Source: a virus (taxonomy: Duplodnaviria > Caudoviricetes). From it: a DNA stretch of 25,636 nt. The stretch covers positions 1 to 25,636 of the IMG/VR virus record IMGVR_UViG_3300044513_002746. One strand, 5' to 3'. The translations under genes and the position numbers were made by a program. Position 1 is the stretch's first letter. Each line of letters opens with the position of its first letter. Positions 9,001-16,500 of this stretch are shown here, piece by piece. The notes beneath the pieces were generated by a model. It was not told the origin of the DNA and did not search any database. It worked only from the letters and a program-made list of their open reading frames with translations.

Positions 9001-11918
9001 GACAACTTGGAACAAGAATTGGAACAGGTGATACTGGAGATGTGATCACTAAAGTTGTCGGTAATTATAACATTATTGATAATGCACTCAACTTTGCTGA
9101 AGCTCCATATGGTGGTCAACCAATTGGTAGTACAACTAATAGACCAGACGAAAGAGATTGGACTGGTATATCGACAGGATCCAGTTTCCAAGGAAGAATG
9201 TTTATGAGATCTGGTATTCCAGATACTACAGATAGCACCTATCATACAAACTATATCTTTGACAGTCTGTCTGAGAAGTTTGATGGTAATACTCCAACAT
9301 ATACATTAACTTCTGCAGGGTCTTCTGATATTTCTGGAATTTCTACAGGAAATGCAGTTATTTTAATAAATGACATCTTACAAGGTCCTGGTAACATCAG
9401 AGACTTTACTATGGGTGAGAATCTTGGTTTTACCACCATTACATTTACTGGAACTGCATCATCCACAACCACGGATGCAAATACATCTAATCTTCCTCTG
9501 GGTGGTGTTCTTCTCTCTATTGGTTCTACTGAGGGTTCTGGATATCAACCATTAGTATCTGCTGGTGGCACTGCTGTTGTTTCTGGATTGGGAACAGTAT
9601 CTCTGGTTAGCATCGCAAATAGTGGATCTGGATATAGAGTTCCAACTAAGTATGAGTTCCTTGCTGATATTGCCTCTCCTGTTGGAGTTGGATCTACAGA
9701 AATCTATCTGGAGAACACTGGAAGCGTTTTGGATCTGGTTGCAACTTTGAATACTGGATCGAACTGCACAATTGGAATTGGAACAGACCTAACTCCAGTA
9801 ACTATTGTTTCTACTGCTTCTACATTTGTTAGAATCGGAACTTCTAACACCATAAGCACTGTGATGCGTGAAGGAACTCAGACAAAACTGATTATTACTG
9901 ATCCTCAAGTTGGATTCGTAAATGTCAGTGTTGGGGAAAGTGCAACTGGAGTAGGAACAATGACTCATGTTGGTTTTGCAACCATCATGACAGGAACTGG
10001 TAATATCTCCACTTCTGTTACTATCACAAATCCAGGATCAGGATACACTACTCGTATTAATCCATTTGTTGAAGTTGATGATCCTCTATCTTACACTAAC
10101 ATTCCCCTTAACTATGTTGGAACTGCAAACTCTGGACTGAATGCAACAGTTGATCTTGTTATTGGTAATGGTTCAAATATAATTGACTTCTCAATTAATA
10201 ATAAAGGTGTTGGATACAAACCTGGAGAAATTCTGACCATCCCCGTTGGTGGTTTAACCGGAATTCCTACTTCTGGAACATTCAATCAGTTTGAACTGGA
10301 TGTGCAGAAAGTATTCTCTGATGAATTTACTGGATGGAGTATAGGTGTTCTGCAAACACTTGATGATCCATCTGTTCTATTTGATGGCGTTACTAAAGCG
10401 TTTAATATTACTCTCGCAGGTAACCAAATCTCCATTAGAGCACCAAGAGGATCTAAAGTAGATGTCGAACAGGTTCTTATTGTAACCATCAACGATATTC
10501 TTCAAGAACCTGGTCAAGGTTATCAATTCCCAGGTGGTAGTGTTATTACATTCTCTGAAGCTCCTAAAATTGGTGATACATGTAAGATTCTGTTCTTCAA
10601 GGGAACTGGTGATGATACTGACGTTATCCTCAGAGAAGTCATTGAAACAGTTAAGAAAGGTGATAAACTTACACTTGGTTATGATCCTGCTCGCGGACAA
10701 GACAGATTCTTGCAAGAAGAGGGAAGAACTGTAACTAATGTCAATTCTACTGACCAAGTTAAAACATTCCCATACTTTGGACCAGGTAACACTGGAGACG
10801 AAGAACTGTTTAGACCTGTTGTATGGTGTAGACAAACTGAAGATAAGATTATTGATGAAAAACGTGTAGCAAAAGATAGAGAGTTGTATGAACCTCTCAT
10901 CTATCCTTTCGCATACATCACTAAATCTGTTGGTATTGGATCTACAATGATCTATGTTGATAGAGTAAGACCTCTGTTCAACGGAAGAAATGAAAACGAT
11001 ACAAGTCTTACTTTCCAAGAAAAAGTTAAGTTTGTCCCTCAGGCAACTAAGGTTGGAGCATCTGCAACTGCTGTAGTAAGTGTAGCAGGAACAGTTTCTT
11101 CTTTGGTTATATCTGATGGTGGTGTTGGATATTCAACTGCCACTGTAAGTATTGGTGGAACTGCACAACAAGATGTAACATTAGGACTTACAACTGCTAC
11201 TGCAAGAGTAACTATTAGTGCAGGTGGAACTATTTCTGCTTTGACGCTAACTAATGTAGGAACTGGATATACTACAGATAAACCACCTGTTGTATTGATT
11301 ACCCCTCCAACTGATGAAGAGGAAGAGAATCTGATTACAAACTACTTTGGTGATTCTGGAGTCATTGTTGGATTTGGAACTACAACTGTTAGTGGAGTTA
11401 CTACTCAGTTTATCTTTGACCTTCATATTCCATATGAGTCTAAACTGAGAGAAACGACAATCGTTGGAACTGCGGTAACTCTGAGTTCCTTGGGTGTAAA
11501 TGATTACTTCATCGTCTCTAACTCTAACGTTGGATCTGCAACTACATCCATTACATCGATCGATTTCCAAGATAGTTCTACTGCTGGTGTTGGTAAATCT
11601 TTCGTTGATAACGTATACGTTGTTCAAAGCGTTCAGAACGTTGAACGGAACATCATTGGAATTGGAACTTCTGTATTCAGAAGAGTATTTGTAAATGTTG
11701 ATGATGCTTTCGCATTCGGAACTGCTGGAACTATCTCCACAACCACTCTTGCTGGTTATGGAGAATATAGTTGGGGTAAGATGGAGATGGCGTCAAGAGC
11801 GGCAAACAACTCTTATTCTGCTTATACAAGCGGTGGAATTATTGGAATTAACACATCAATGAGGGTCGAAAGATCTCAACAATTGAAGTCCAAAAATTAC
11901 ATCGTATCCAATACATAA
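3..11918 (+). CDS. gp7: Giant T4 gp7-like baseplate wedge initiator, cyanophage-type (5' end lies upstream of the window)
   Basis: Frame 3 is open from base 3 (IKQSKDFYLSRGTDRSFEILFQALYNEPVTVVKPRD...), so the TTG at 186 is not the true start. That segment resembles the gp7 FYxxKGTxxSFxxLFxxLY motif. A second gp7-type motif (DSFYYQNFSYSLRS...W...NHTAGF) lies at ~6813-6930. The gene is directly upstream of gp8, as in T4-like phages. Confidence 0.85.
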   Translation: MKQSKDFYLSRGTDRSFEILFQALYNEPVTVVKPRDFLFTPSNSDYRVTNDLVVEAVTGDPLDLDQATLNQEQYPFANIVKAYAPITEVEKLQVGTAKSFYKLSLDGGYDRDVEVEGAIRGSFSIHPKTKLIGQVGSGATILSVDSTVGFGTTGELAVVYNDTTTGFVSYTSKTLTEFFGCSNITGTISDGEDVGINTFAYGRSFKDQNEIITVRINSVLSNLEFPSNTTNFRDGDTARIRTLGRDKTETIYRNWFYNYASSHSVKSIKLVDASDNSYDLQLNQRQFFRPNDSIDIIDDTGATRTGVVYSILSDTAIAIKGSGSLNSNRSYTVNRKILKGNAQNFPSAELYQANIQGVYDNEENFLVASSSIPSYFTSAINTSDRTVTFSGTFFGDELEITPLGKHNFYSGDAVYYAAQLKEESFVNDSGNVEKRTVIGTSLGANFPDGLYYVKRISDTKLKLAKSRSDVYNNKFISVESSTTVTDNTLQPFTFRDKTLESQKLIREIPKNAQHTGKLTPTEPGFTGILVNGVEVLNYKSPDVVYYGQIDEVEVLAQGSDYDIIDPPLLFVSDTVGTGATGDVSVSGSLESIRVLDPGFDYTSKPTITIMGGNGNGADAIPNMKLIDHSVSFFSEAASNRVGLGSTQSSIGFSTYHKLRNGEQIIYRTNGQQAIGGLTTDAKYHVSVQDNQTVKLHNNLSDVLVGINTVEFTSFGNGSHQLQTVNKKSVVESISVINSGSGYENKKRSVVISGISTSQDIINIKNHDFKSGERVKYTAGTSAVGGLTDETEYYVIRVDNNNFRLAEVGLTTSTRTFFYDTNQFIQLTSTGAGTHSFNYPEISVSISGQIGISSIGSETFQAEIQPIFRGEITSVNLSNNGVGYGSSEVLNLDRPPEVTVISGQNAQLSPVINNGRLQEVLVLNAGKKYNSPPDLTITGDGIGAVITPVMSNGTITSVKVLESGIGYEQSTTSINIVFPGRGVTLRAKLQNWRVNLFQKNLFNFQDDDGIVVNGTNEDFGLQYAHVYAPRKFRQLNYSVDAGGKVQYGDADLKIDANTKEESLSRQHSPIIGWAYDGHPIYGPYGYTTRSGGAVSPMQTGYVEESTKAQRPPLTTWPSGFFIEDFVYKNKTGVGVLDENNGRHCVTPDFPNGTYAYFATIATNEADTQSPFTGFRRPKFPYLIGHNYHAKPNTFNFQKVANQDEFDFNNSNYIKNTAPFNYIDGKSTRYKYISLPNDLNQEVEVRNALRGPIDSVGIITGGNNYKVNDPVVFNNANTGGGGVSARVSRILGRPVESVSVATSSISGVEFYPSGEKGKFIAFTENPNDFRNSDIISVSGVSTSGSKLEGTYLAGIGTNVYKVAGVGTTSSGIGTVEATGIVTYINVVGNLNYPNIRENDILQIGTETVKVLNVDLRLSRLRVRRSVNGIVGVSHTVGTGVTSLQRKLTIASGFKTDFTYRNNKQVYFNPVETVGLGSTGGVGIGSTIFFTNPGTGGTSIVIPTKTLFFKDHEFKTGEIVTYSANNGSGIIVQDETNVGVGTTVADGTQLFVAKVSENLIGLSTVRVGLGTTGTFVGVDNTVSTTLAFLGIGTGVEHSLKTNHTIITGTVSRNRVTVSTGQTHELSVNHDIFLDVNPGISSAFTVKYNDFNRKIIVNPKSYSSTGINTSTGVITIVNHEFINGQKVIYTSGDVAEGLTDNDIYYVTVTGKDTLKLANSYEDSVKNIPATVGIASTGGGGTINPINPPLNLYKDSTVTFNLTDSSLAHTIQNTSYPSFEFNLYHDANFSNKYVGKLSDDRNFDVTRTGRPGIDGTAKVSLIVNNDTPDRLYYRLDPVYESDDVPAEKTQISIDADVLENNTAKILKSLYNGKHRVSTAASDSFTFTLGVTPEKSSYISSTSAANITYETTCTHARGPVTKIEIVNSGRSYFALPGVTTITSVDGRGVILEAKGNKIGKINKTRIKNIGFDFPADKSLRPSITLPNVISIKSLKSFDAIGISSAGRGYSTAPKLLVFDGRTNERITDVDLKYELGDNQVTILRNTKGMSNTTPVILPTANTNGVGISTIGFNTTTNQVTVTLAVGFSTAEAFPCEVGDKVLIENISVGIGSTGKGFNSSAYDYKLFPIIAVDKNLGGIGATVAYSLEGLIDSNKGEFVGKFDSFNSGGRIIPEKYFPLFDVTLKDNEFLQDEIVYSPNTSGTVESWDRKTGTLRVSTKKDFAVGEIIIGKASNTQGIASSVTTYNSILDTAESSRVIKGSQNDSGFLNANLQRVQDSFYYQNFSYSLRSRIDFDTWNDAVSVTNHTAGFRKFSDYQLETPASFSEINANSMAVGLSTELSYFSVVNDLYSIADLNCVYNFDLVAENSLDASGVIYSDEIIFASRILTDFFESFGNRAVNFDNISGLFNSNPRATRFSLIDSFNINNSRALKYFIYTKDERFTGHRQFDIVTMLQDGTFAYINQYGRTDTVGELGSYDMTISGVNGSLQFFPNDFAFNDYQIVNIAYHLDDNVIAGLGTTVALDNVVEIQTDSVDCSSRATVVSVANTVRSMKVYSTVTNIQSDPTLNEYQYDELNLIHDGSEVYATEFGRLTTNLGSFVGSGFGTYYPYLDGSEFKVDFIPVAGLAGTVVANTLQVGFTTESIVGFGTHEMKHVFIDARTTTIAASGTPGITTVASYLPEYDAAYFMVQISDTGNNHNHHELREMLVMDDFSSAEEVSTTYIQEFGNVETELTLPYVTGLGTFGARVASNGGVSLTFTPQAGIGVTVKTFMNALRLEDDSKDEIDFENGLIVSHYARYEGTENAVKKQFNLEHRSAPVFEKYFEGNDSDIISVDADTIRIPNHFYVTGEAIRYDRNGGITSSIGIATTSFAGLGNTDFLPIEQDIFVIKVTDDKIKLASSAENALKRIAVPIELESVGIGTSHRFIATNQNAKCLIALDNLIQSPIVSTAQTQTLADNVSTVENAIKLSGITSFFGSDLIKMGDEIMKITGVGIGSTNRFTVRRGQLGTRIGTGDTGDVITKVVGNYNIIDNALNFAEAPYGGQPIGSTTNRPDERDWTGISTGSSFQGRMFMRSGIPDTTDSTYHTNYIFDSLSEKFDGNTPTYTLTSAGSSDISGISTGNAVILINDILQGPGNIRDFTMGENLGFTTITFTGTASSTTTDANTSNLPLGGVLLSIGSTEGSGYQPLVSAGGTAVVSGLGTVSLVSIANSGSGYRVPTKYEFLADIASPVGVGSTEIYLENTGSVLDLVATLNTGSNCTIGIGTDLTPVTIVSTASTFVRIGTSNTISTVMREGTQTKLIITDPQVGFVNVSVGESATGVGTMTHVGFATIMTGTGNISTSVTITNPGSGYTTRINPFVEVDDPLSYTNIPLNYVGTANSGLNATVDLVIGNGSNIIDFSINNKGVGYKPGEILTIPVGGLTGIPTSGTFNQFELDVQKVFSDEFTGWSIGVLQTLDDPSVLFDGVTKAFNITLAGNQISIRAPRGSKVDVEQVLIVTINDILQEPGQGYQFPGGSVITFSEAPKIGDTCKILFFKGTGDDTDVILREVIETVKKGDKLTLGYDPARGQDRFLQEEGRTVTNVNSTDQVKTFPYFGPGNTGDEELFRPVVWCRQTEDKIIDEKRVAKDRELYEPLIYPFAYITKSVGIGSTMIYVDRVRPLFNGRNENDTSLTFQEKVKFVPQATKVGASATAVVSVAGTVSSLVISDGGVGYSTATVSIGGTAQQDVTLGLTTATARVTISAGGTISALTLTNVGTGYTTDKPPVVLITPPTDEEEENLITNYFGDSGVIVGFGTTTVSGVTTQFIFDLHIPYESKLRETTIVGTAVTLSSLGVNDYFIVSNSNVGSATTSITSIDFQDSSTAGVGKSFVDNVYVVQSVQNVERNIIGIGTSVFRRVFVNVDDAFAFGTAGTISTTTLAGYGEYSWGKMEMASRAANNSYSAYTSGGIIGINTSMRVERSQQLKSKNYIVSNT
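1506..3570 (+). other. Split, degenerate YHYH-type domain within gp7
   Basis: N-part QKLIREIP...GFTGILVNGVEVLNY (~1506-1620). C-part YAHVY...HSPIIGWAYDGHPIYGPYGY...LDENNGRHCVTPDFPNGTYAYFAT...FPYLIG (~3054-3570). These match remembered YHYH-family motifs (GxAxNGVP, HSPxIGxAxDGFPIYG, LDxCNG, FPY). Confidence 0.7.
7233..8270 (+). repeat. Three tandem divergent ~110-130 aa beta-rich domains in gp7
   Basis: RALKYFIY...DIVTMLQDGTFAYINQYG...LGSYDMTISGVNGSLQFFP; RSMKVYST...ELNLIHDGSEVYATEFG...FGTYYPYLDGSEFKVDFIP; DAAYFMVQI...EMLVMDD...TYIQEFG...LGTFGARVASNGGVSLTFTP. Confidence 0.7.
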
Positions 11919-11924
11919 TAAATA
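11917..11924 (+). promoter_or_regulatory. T4-type late promoter motif (AATAAATA) upstream of gp8
   Basis: 7/8 match to the gp55-dependent consensus TATAAATA. It overlaps the gp7 stop and ends 28 nt before the gp8 ATG. Confidence 0.7.
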
Positions 11925-11952
11925 AAAAAAACTTCCATTAAGTTGGCACAAA

Positions 11953-13503
11953 ATGGCTGCAATTATAACTGATCAAATTAGAATTTTGAATGCGAAGAAT
12001 TTTGTTTCTGGAATCACATCCAGTTCAAATTCTTACTATTCTTTTATTGGTCTACCAAACCCATCTGATTATCAGGATGATTGGGATACCAATCCACCTG
12101 CTCCCAAGGATAACTTCTCTCAGGAGAATGATTATTGGGATACCATGGTCGCATTGAAAAAAATCAATTCAAGTGACGTAAGACAAGTAATACCTAAGAG
12201 AAATTGGGTATCTGGTACAACGTATGACATGTATCGACATGATTATAGTGTTACTAACACTGCAGCCGTTTCTGGTGCCACTAATTTATACTCTGCATTT
12301 TACTATGTAATGAATAGTGATTTCAGAATATATGCTTGTTTGCAAAATGGAACTGATACAAATAATCCAAATGGCAAACCATCTCTTGATGAACCCACAT
12401 TCACTGATTTAGAACCAAGATCTGCTGGTTCAAGTGGCGATGGTTATCTCTGGAAGTATCTTTATACTATCAAACCAAATGAGGTTGTAAAGTTTGAATC
12501 TACAGACTTTATGCCAGTTCCTGCAGATTGGTCAACATCAAGTGATAATGCTGCGGTAAGAGACAACGCAGTTGATGGATCAATTAAAGTTGTTATCGTG
12601 ACTAACTCCGGTGTTGGTCTTGGAACTGCTAACCAAACGTACACAAGAGTTCCTATTCAAGGTGATGGTTCTGGTGCAGAATGCACTTTAACAGTTGGTG
12701 CAGACTCTAAAGTTAGTGGAATAACTGTTTCTAATCAAGGATCTGGATATTCTTATGCAAGTGTAAATTTAGAATCTGGTGGAGTTCCAACTGGCACTAC
12801 TATTCCAACATTTGACGTTATCATGACACCACAGGGTGGACATGGCGCAGACATCTATAGGGAACTTGGTGCATTTAATGTTCTACTTTATTCCAGAATT
12901 GAAAATGATAATGAAAACCCAGATTTTATTACTGGAAATCAAATTGCGAGAGTTGGTATAGTTGAAAATCCAGAAGTTTCTACTGGAAATGTTTTAACAT
13001 CAGACAAAGCAAGTGCTCTTAATGCACTTAAATTGACTGGAACTGGATATAGTTCTGCTTCCTTTACGGCTGACTCATACTTCACTCAAACTGTTGCTAC
13101 TGGATCAACTGCTGTAGGTAGAGTTGTTAATTATGATGCAACAACCGGAGTTTTAAAATACTGGCAAGATAGATCTCTTGCTGGATTTACAACTGCTGGA
13201 ATTGGAATTACAAATCCAACTTATGGATTTGATCTGAAGGCATTTACTGATTCTCCAGATGCTGGAGGAAGTGTAACTATTGTCCCTTCAAGTGGATCTA
13301 ATCTTGCGATTGATACTTCGTTCACGGGTATAACTACCGTAATAAATAATAGGACATATTATCTTGGTCAGTCATTTACCAGTGGAGTTGCGGGTCCTGA
13401 AGTTAAAAAACATGCAGGAAATATTATTTACGTTGATAACAGACCCTCAATCACCAGATCATCTAACCAAAAAGAAGATATCAAAATCATTTTGCAGTTC
13501 TAA
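11953..13503 (+). CDS. gp8: Baseplate wedge subunit gp8 (516 aa)
   Basis: MAAIITDQIRILNAKNFV N-terminus, IPKRNWVSGTTYDMYRHDY, YYVMNSDFRIYACLQNG, GDGYLWKYLYTI, and C-terminal GNIIYVDNRPSITRSSNQKEDIKIILQF, all typical of T4-like gp8. Confidence 0.93.
   Translation: MAAIITDQIRILNAKNFVSGITSSSNSYYSFIGLPNPSDYQDDWDTNPPAPKDNFSQENDYWDTMVALKKINSSDVRQVIPKRNWVSGTTYDMYRHDYSVTNTAAVSGATNLYSAFYYVMNSDFRIYACLQNGTDTNNPNGKPSLDEPTFTDLEPRSAGSSGDGYLWKYLYTIKPNEVVKFESTDFMPVPADWSTSSDNAAVRDNAVDGSIKVVIVTNSGVGLGTANQTYTRVPIQGDGSGAECTLTVGADSKVSGITVSNQGSGYSYASVNLESGGVPTGTTIPTFDVIMTPQGGHGADIYRELGAFNVLLYSRIENDNENPDFITGNQIARVGIVENPEVSTGNVLTSDKASALNALKLTGTGYSSASFTADSYFTQTVATGSTAVGRVVNYDATTGVLKYWQDRSLAGFTTAGIGITNPTYGFDLKAFTDSPDAGGSVTIVPSSGSNLAIDTSFTGITTVINNRTYYLGQSFTSGVAGPEVKKHAGNIIYVDNRPSITRSSNQKEDIKIILQF
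13341..13348 (+). promoter_or_regulatory. Candidate intragenic late promoter (AATAAATA) in the gp8 3' end, upstream of the VrlC-like gene
   Basis: gta ata aat aat agg (V-I-N-N-R) contains AATAAATA ~160 nt before the ATG at 13510. The gp8-VrlC gap is only 6 nt. Confidence 0.45.
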
Positions 13504-13509
13504 AGAATT

Positions 13510-16500
13510 ATGTCTCAGCAAACAAATCTAAATGTAGCCCCATATTTTGACGACTTTGATTCTGCTAACGATTTTCATAGAGTTTTATTTAAGCCTGGAT
13601 ATCCCGTCCAGGCAAGAGAGTTAACCACTTTACAGTCGATTCTTCAAAATCAGATTGAAAAGTTTGGGCAGCATTTTTTCAAGGAAGGAGCAAAGGTAAT
13701 TCCGGGTAATACTGGATATACCCAACTCTACTATGGTGTTCAACTACAAAATACATATCTTGGAGTTCCTGTTGCTGCATATGCTGAGCAGTTAGTTGGA
13801 ACAAAAATTACTGGTGAGACATCTGGAGTAAGTGCTGTTGTAGATAAGGTTCTTTTTCCAGAAGATTCTGAAAGAGGAAATTTAACTCTTTATATAAATT
13901 ATCTTAATTCAAGTACAACCAATAATTCGACTCAAGTTTTTTCTGATGGAGAGAACTTAACTTGCAATGAAATTATTGCATCTGGTCTTCTTGGCAATTC
14001 TACTATTGCTGCTGGATCTCCATTTGCAACCACGATCGGTAATGAAGCATCCGTAACAGGTTCTGCATTCCAAATTCAAGAAGGTATATATTTCATTCGT
14101 GGAAATTTTGTAAACGTAAGCACTGAAACCTTAATTCTTGATCAATATGGAGATGCTCCAAACTATAGAATTGGTCTCTTTGTTCGGGAAGAGATTGTCA
14201 ATGCAGATGCAGATGAAACTCTAAATGACAATTCTCAAGGATTTAATAACTATTCTGCTCCTGGTGCAGATAGACTCAAAATTTCTGTAAGTCTATTCAA
14301 AAAATCATTGACTGATTATGATGATAATCAGTTTGTTGAATTGGCGATTATCGAAGATGGAAATATAAAAACAAAAGTAGATAGGGGAGATCTTGGTGGG
14401 GGCCCAAAATATCTTGATATTAGAGATATTCTTGCCAAAAGAACTTATGCTGAGTCTGGAGACTATTATGTAAAAGCATTTGATCTTTCCGTACATGAGT
14501 CATTAAACAACGGAAGAGGTAATAGAGGTGTATTTAATGTAGGACAATTGACTTATAGTGGTCAAATTCCAACCAATGATCTTGCGCTTTATAAATTTTC
14601 TCCTGGTAGAGCATTCGTCCGTGGATATGACATTGATGTAGCAAGCACTACTTTTATCGATGTCCCAAAACCAAGAACCACAAAGACAATTGAAGATCAA
14701 TCTATTATATACAACACTGGTCCAACTTTAAGAGTAAACAGAACTCTTAGAGCACCTGATATTGGTATCGGTAATACATATGTTCTTAGTCTTAGAGATC
14801 GAAGAGTCGGAGTAACTTCTGATACTTCTCCTGTAGGAAGAGAAATTGGTGTTGCAAGAGTTTATGATTACAGACTGGAATCTGGATCATATAATACTAA
14901 TAACAGCAGTTTAAATGAATGGGATATTTCACTATACGATGTACAAACTGTAACTCATCTGTCTCTTAATCAGTCAACCACTCTTTCAGTTCCAACCTTT
15001 ATTAAAGGATCAAATAGTGGTGCTACTGGATTCTTGAAGGATGCTGTAACTGTAGGAACTGCACTGACAGTATATGAAGTTGAAGGTGACTTTATACAAA
15101 ATGAATCTTTAATCTTTGATGGTGTCCCAAATGGAAGAATTGCCATTGCAGTAACAGCACATACATTAGCAGATGTTAAGTCTGTTTATGCAACTAATGA
15201 TGGTAACACTGGTATCAACACTTTCAATGCTGATGTTATCCAATCACCATCAATTATTGTTGGTGTATCAACTATTACTGCAGCATCTGGTGGTGTTAGT
15301 ACAGTAAGAAGTTCTAATAATGCTTTCCCATCAGCATTTTCAGTTGGTGATCTTGTAGAGTATACAAACTCATCAGCAACTCTGACTGATCCAACAATGT
15401 CCAGAGTGACAAGTGTTGGCACTAATTCTATTGCAGTTGAAGCAGTTGCTCCAGTTCCTGGAGTTGTGGCAGGAGCTCTTCCAACAGAAAGTATTAATGT
15501 TAGTGACTTTAGATTAGTAACTACAAAACTTGATCCATCTTCTGACAATACTCTTTACACATTATTACCTAAAACTGATATTGCCACTGTTGATCTTAGT
15601 GATGCAAGTCTGATAATAAGAAAGACCTTTAGTGTTGATATTACTTCAAATCAACTTTCATCTCAAATTACTGCTGCGGCAAATGAATCTTTCTTACCAT
15701 TTGATGAAGAAAGATATGCATTAATCAGATCTGATGGAACTACAGAAGCATTATCATCAGATAAGATCGAAATCAATACTGCTGGAACTGGATTGAATAT
15801 ATACGGTCTTGGTTCTAATGATACTGGTGCTACTCTGATCGCATCACTTAGGAAGGTAAAACCAACTTCTAAGATCAAAATCAAAAATAGAGTTAAGACT
15901 CTGATTGTTGACAAGTCAAACATTCAAGCATCTGGTATTGGATCTACAACCTTAAATGATGGACTTGACTATGGAAATGGAAACTATCCATATGGAACAA
16001 GAGTTCAGGATCATACAATCTCTCTGAACGTTCCAGACGTGATTGAGATTCATGGTGTATTTGAATCTGCAGATACAGATAATGCAACTGCCCCCAAAAT
16101 TTCTTTATCTGACATTAATAGTACATCTACAACTACTGCTGAACTGTTAGTTGGAGAGTCTTTCATTGGCGAAACAACGGGAGCTGAAGCAATCGTTGCA
16201 GAAAAACTGACTTCTAGTCAAATTTCATTCATCTATAAAAGTGATATTCAGTTTGCAGAAGGTGAAACTGTTACCTTCCAAGAGACTGTAATTCAAGGAA
16301 TTGTTTCATCTTTAAATTCTGACAGTTTTGATATTTCAGGAAACTTTAAGTTCAGAACCGGTCAGGAAGAAACTTTCTATGATCATGCAAGACTTGAAAG
16401 AAAAGAGGGTTCTATCGCACCTGCTAAAAAACTAAAAGTTTATTATCTAAGTGCCTCTTACGAATCTACCGATAATGGTGACATCACAACTGTAGAATCA

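Noticed and set aside
10377-11018. 213-aa minus-strand ORF and the other short antisense or alternate-frame ORFs in gp7, gp8 and VrlC
   Set aside because: They lie wholly within well-supported plus-strand genes, have no recognisable motifs, and are expected shadows of biased codon usage.
11924-11944. A-run plus AACTT/AAGTT hairpin between gp7 and gp8 as a terminator
   Set aside because: Only a 5-bp AT-rich stem and no U-tract on the coding strand; too weak to call.
13893-13900. TATAAATT inside VrlC (and GTAAATA at 21156-21162) as late promoters
   Set aside because: Mismatch to consensus and likely by chance in AT-rich DNA. The first has no nearby downstream start; the second remains a weak possibility for the 60-aa ORF.
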